Shown one piece after another: positions 33,701 to 35,198 of a stretch of DNA of 35,198 bases. Each line of letters opens with the position of its first letter. Position 1 is the first letter of the stretch. Made by a program: the position numbers and the translations under genes. The notes under the pieces are model-generated. The model made no database searches. It saw only the letters and a list, made by a program, of their open reading frames with translations, and was not told the DNA's origin. This DNA is from a virus (lineage: Duplodnaviria > Caudoviricetes), in IMG/VR virus record IMGVR_UViG_3300017913_001170, positions 1 to 35,198 of that record; one strand, 5' to 3'.

Positions 33701-35198
33701 TTCGTTGGAACGAGGGTAATGATGTTTGGGAATTTACTAATAATGGTTCAACCTACACTGAACTAGGTGGCGGTACACCTACTTTAGATGAGATATTAAG
33801 TGCATCTGCAACTTCCAACGAATCAAATGATGTTTTAAAATTATACAGAACCAATGATGGTAATGTTGGTACTGGTACTCTAAGATTCGAATCTCGTGAT
33901 ACGACACCAAATTCAGATCAGTCCATGGGTGATATTACATTCTATATGGATAACGATACAAATAGTGGAACAAATACTCTTGGTGAATATGCACGTATTT
34001 CTGCAAAAGGACAACAAGTTAGATCTGGTACACCAGCTAATAACACTGGTTACATAGACTTCCAAACTTCAACAAAAGATGGTTTGGAAAGTTTGATGAA
34101 GGTTGGGTTCGATCCATATTCATCAACAAATACCTCGGCTGGTGCAAATATTGGTACGGTGATGACCAACAATGCGTATGTCAATGGTGACTTACATGTT
34201 TACGAAGAGGTCGATACTCCCGGCGATCTTTCGTCGGACGCATTTCTCCAGATGTATCTTACTGCGTATGATCCCAACACAAATACCACGCAAAGACGTG
34301 TTGAGATTAATCACCAAAACGGTGCGATGCGTATCATTCACAGAAACCGTAACGACATATCTGAGTATGGTCAGTTGACAATTCCACATTCGGAACCAAC
34401 TCCACTGCGCATATATTACTCAGATACTGGGAATCAATACGATATTGTTTCAGATCACAACTTCGATACCAAGTTCAACACTAGAATGTTGGATGATGAT
34501 AATCTTGTAAGATTTAACTCATATGCGAACACTAAGGTTATCACCACAGGCAACGATTTCGGTGACTTCAACGGTGGGTCGTCAGACAATGCACAAATAG
34601 TCCCAGGCAATGAGGGTTATGGTGCACTTGCATTCTTTACTTGGGCGAACAATGCTAATGGTGATGCAAGTACACACAGATATATTCCATATGGACACAA
34701 TGAAGAAGTTCCACATGGCATGGGTATTCTTCGTGACTCTGGTCAGCACCAAACAGGTGCAGCGAGATGGGATCCATTTGGTGGACCAGACTTCCGTATC
34801 AGTCTAGACAATAGTGATACGGATGCGAGTTATTTCTTTGGTTCCACAGCGACATCAAATGACCCACACCCAGTAAATATGATCATGACCAATGCAGACT
34901 TCACACCCGATAATGGTGATAAGATTGGTCGTATTAAGTTTAAAGGTGGTGAATCGACTTTCTCACAGTTTGAAGAGTATGCACTGATCACTGTGACAAT
35001 GCAAGACACTACTGTGGATGCATATGATGCTAGAATGGCGTTGTATGTAAAAAATAATGGTGGGACTGGTACTGATGCAAACATTGGCGTGGTACTAGAT
35101 GGCAAACAAGCGCTCATAAAAAGCAGAGCCAACCATCATTACTTTGGTGGGTTCCCACTCTCTCAGGTTGATAACGACACCGTTCCGACTGACAATTA
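30742..35198 (+). CDS. Very large tail fibre/virion structural protein (3' partial, >1480 aa; absent from ORF track)
   Basis: Starts MAITKRIDKGSSLTYQEMDDN...IPAGTTAQR...GYLRYNT...FEGY. Frame 1 stays open to the window end. G/T/S/D/N-rich with KPTTxxGYGITD, ETDP and YTPPD repeats. Confidence 0.88.
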   Translation, partial: MAITKRIDKGSSLTYQEMDDNIDAIAPRTSATGSVQIPAGTTAQRDGSASNGYLRYNTQLNQFEGYINGGWGGLGGGGGSGDPNQNAYSNFAVSGQTTIAADQATDTINFAAGSNITLTTNATTDTLTIAANFTQDFAFSSLTGKPTTVSGYGITDAQALLVSGTNIKTINNTSILGSGNITVSATADWNTLQNKPTTISGFGITDAFDGAWSSLTGTPTTLSGYGITDGQAILVSGTSIKTINGASVLGSGDLTVTGSYGDSDVSAHLNTSGANTNEFLRWNGIDFEWASVSGGGGSETDPVVGAIDGIVKADGAGNISAAEAGTDYSTFDGDWNSLSSTPTTLSGAGITASLLDLTNQGGTTINDGSSGTFLTTDGNGNFSFAAVSGGGGSLAFTDLTDTPVNYNGAGSQLIGVNAGATGLTFYTQSAGAESNDLSQVVTWTTVPDAYISNTSVVQHQADLRITESQITDLQNYIVNETDPIFSASAVANVVADATGSGFLRNQGGEWFYDNNVYTTSTAAETDPIFNAHTTSDIINGTGLLGNGGSANTWYYDTNTYIQGSDVPDNETDPVFSAHTTANINNGSGFLKQDGAGNWFYDANDYITAAGSETDPVFTAHTTYNIANGTGYLKNDGGGTWTYESNTFLTTEEDPIFDAHTVSDIVDGEGFLRQDSANNWYWDANTYITANDIPASTATLDDVVGNGNQTTNSAEFGGLTVDGNNVIVEGSNNALLTNGAAYITLTDLSASGDLTYDNETGVFTANLQSTGIVLTDLSVEYNAAGTANLTYNDTTGVFTYTPPDLSTYLTSGDLPAETDPVFTAWTGSSITDGTGFLRNDGSGNWSYDANTFLDDAGVQTIINGHLNTGTAGNNQVLSWDAESEDFFWAASGGGGGGIAFTDLSVTVNPASGSGDLTYDDLGSFSYTPPDISQVSGNFTVGDNLNIQGSTSDGGIITLNSAQTGSPTPSSTNWSYLTVERGTQPNVHIRWNEGNDVWEFTNNGSTYTELGGGTPTLDEILSASATSNESNDVLKLYRTNDGNVGTGTLRFESRDTTPNSDQSMGDITFYMDNDTNSGTNTLGEYARISAKGQQVRSGTPANNTGYIDFQTSTKDGLESLMKVGFDPYSSTNTSAGANIGTVMTNNAYVNGDLHVYEEVDTPGDLSSDAFLQMYLTAYDPNTNTTQRRVEINHQNGAMRIIHRNRNDISEYGQLTIPHSEPTPLRIYYSDTGNQYDIVSDHNFDTKFNTRMLDDDNLVRFNSYANTKVITTGNDFGDFNGGSSDNAQIVPGNEGYGALAFFTWANNANGDASTHRYIPYGHNEEVPHGMGILRDSGQHQTGAARWDPFGGPDFRISLDNSDTDASYFFGSTATSNDPHPVNMIMTNADFTPDNGDKIGRIKFKGGESTFSQFEEYALITVTMQDTTVDAYDARMALYVKNNGGTGTDANIGVVLDGKQALIKSRANHHYFGGFPLSQVDNDTVPTDN
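32179..32820 (+). repeat. Five tandem ~40-46-aa ETDP repeats in the fibre
   Basis: Units start at 32179, 32311, 32449, 32575 and 32692. A further copy lies at 33187 and a partial one at 31636. Confidence 0.85.

Noticed and set aside
129-35132. Many minus-strand and alternate-frame ORFs in the track (e.g. 3653-4252, 6399-6923, 6920-7561, 26625-27242, 32177-32638)
   Set aside because: They are shadows of well-supported + strand genes, with no SD, motifs or plausible composition.
1-35198. tRNA/rRNA genes, integrase or transposase, alternative genetic code
   Set aside because: No cloverleaf or mobile-element motifs seen in the short intergenic gaps. TAA, TAG and TGA all terminate full-length conserved genes.

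Overview
A ~35 kb piece of a large T4-like (myovirus) phage genome, AT-rich, with essentially all genes on the + strand. The host is probably an alphaproteobacterium, because the phage carries a Shemin-pathway ALA synthase. In order: a glycosyltransferase/sulfotransferase cassette; a late block of charged proteins that look like capsid-packaged, prohead-protease-processed cargo (nucleotidyltransferase, a 1157-aa modular protein ending in a P-loop kinase, SNase, gp67-like); overlapping spanins and a holin candidate; primase, thyX, nrdA/nrdB, glutaredoxin; hemA and a YbaN/DUF454 gene; phoH, a eukaryote-type PMM, a nitroreductase-like gene, a RuvC-like resolvase, dNMP kinase, two more glycosyltransferases, RNase H, a 30.2-like HAD, FmdB-like, PAAR, and a >1480-codon repeat-rich tail fibre that runs off the end and is missing from the ORF track. 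Best leads: (1) a putative packaged polyprotein cargo system; (2) every CCNGG site I found by eye overlaps a GC dinucleotide, suggesting restriction avoidance combined with context-specific DNA modification; (3) late-promoter/RBS-sequestering hairpins at the resolvase and hemA; (4) a candidate anti-SD small RNA. All calls come from motif recognition and by-eye counts; no searches were run.
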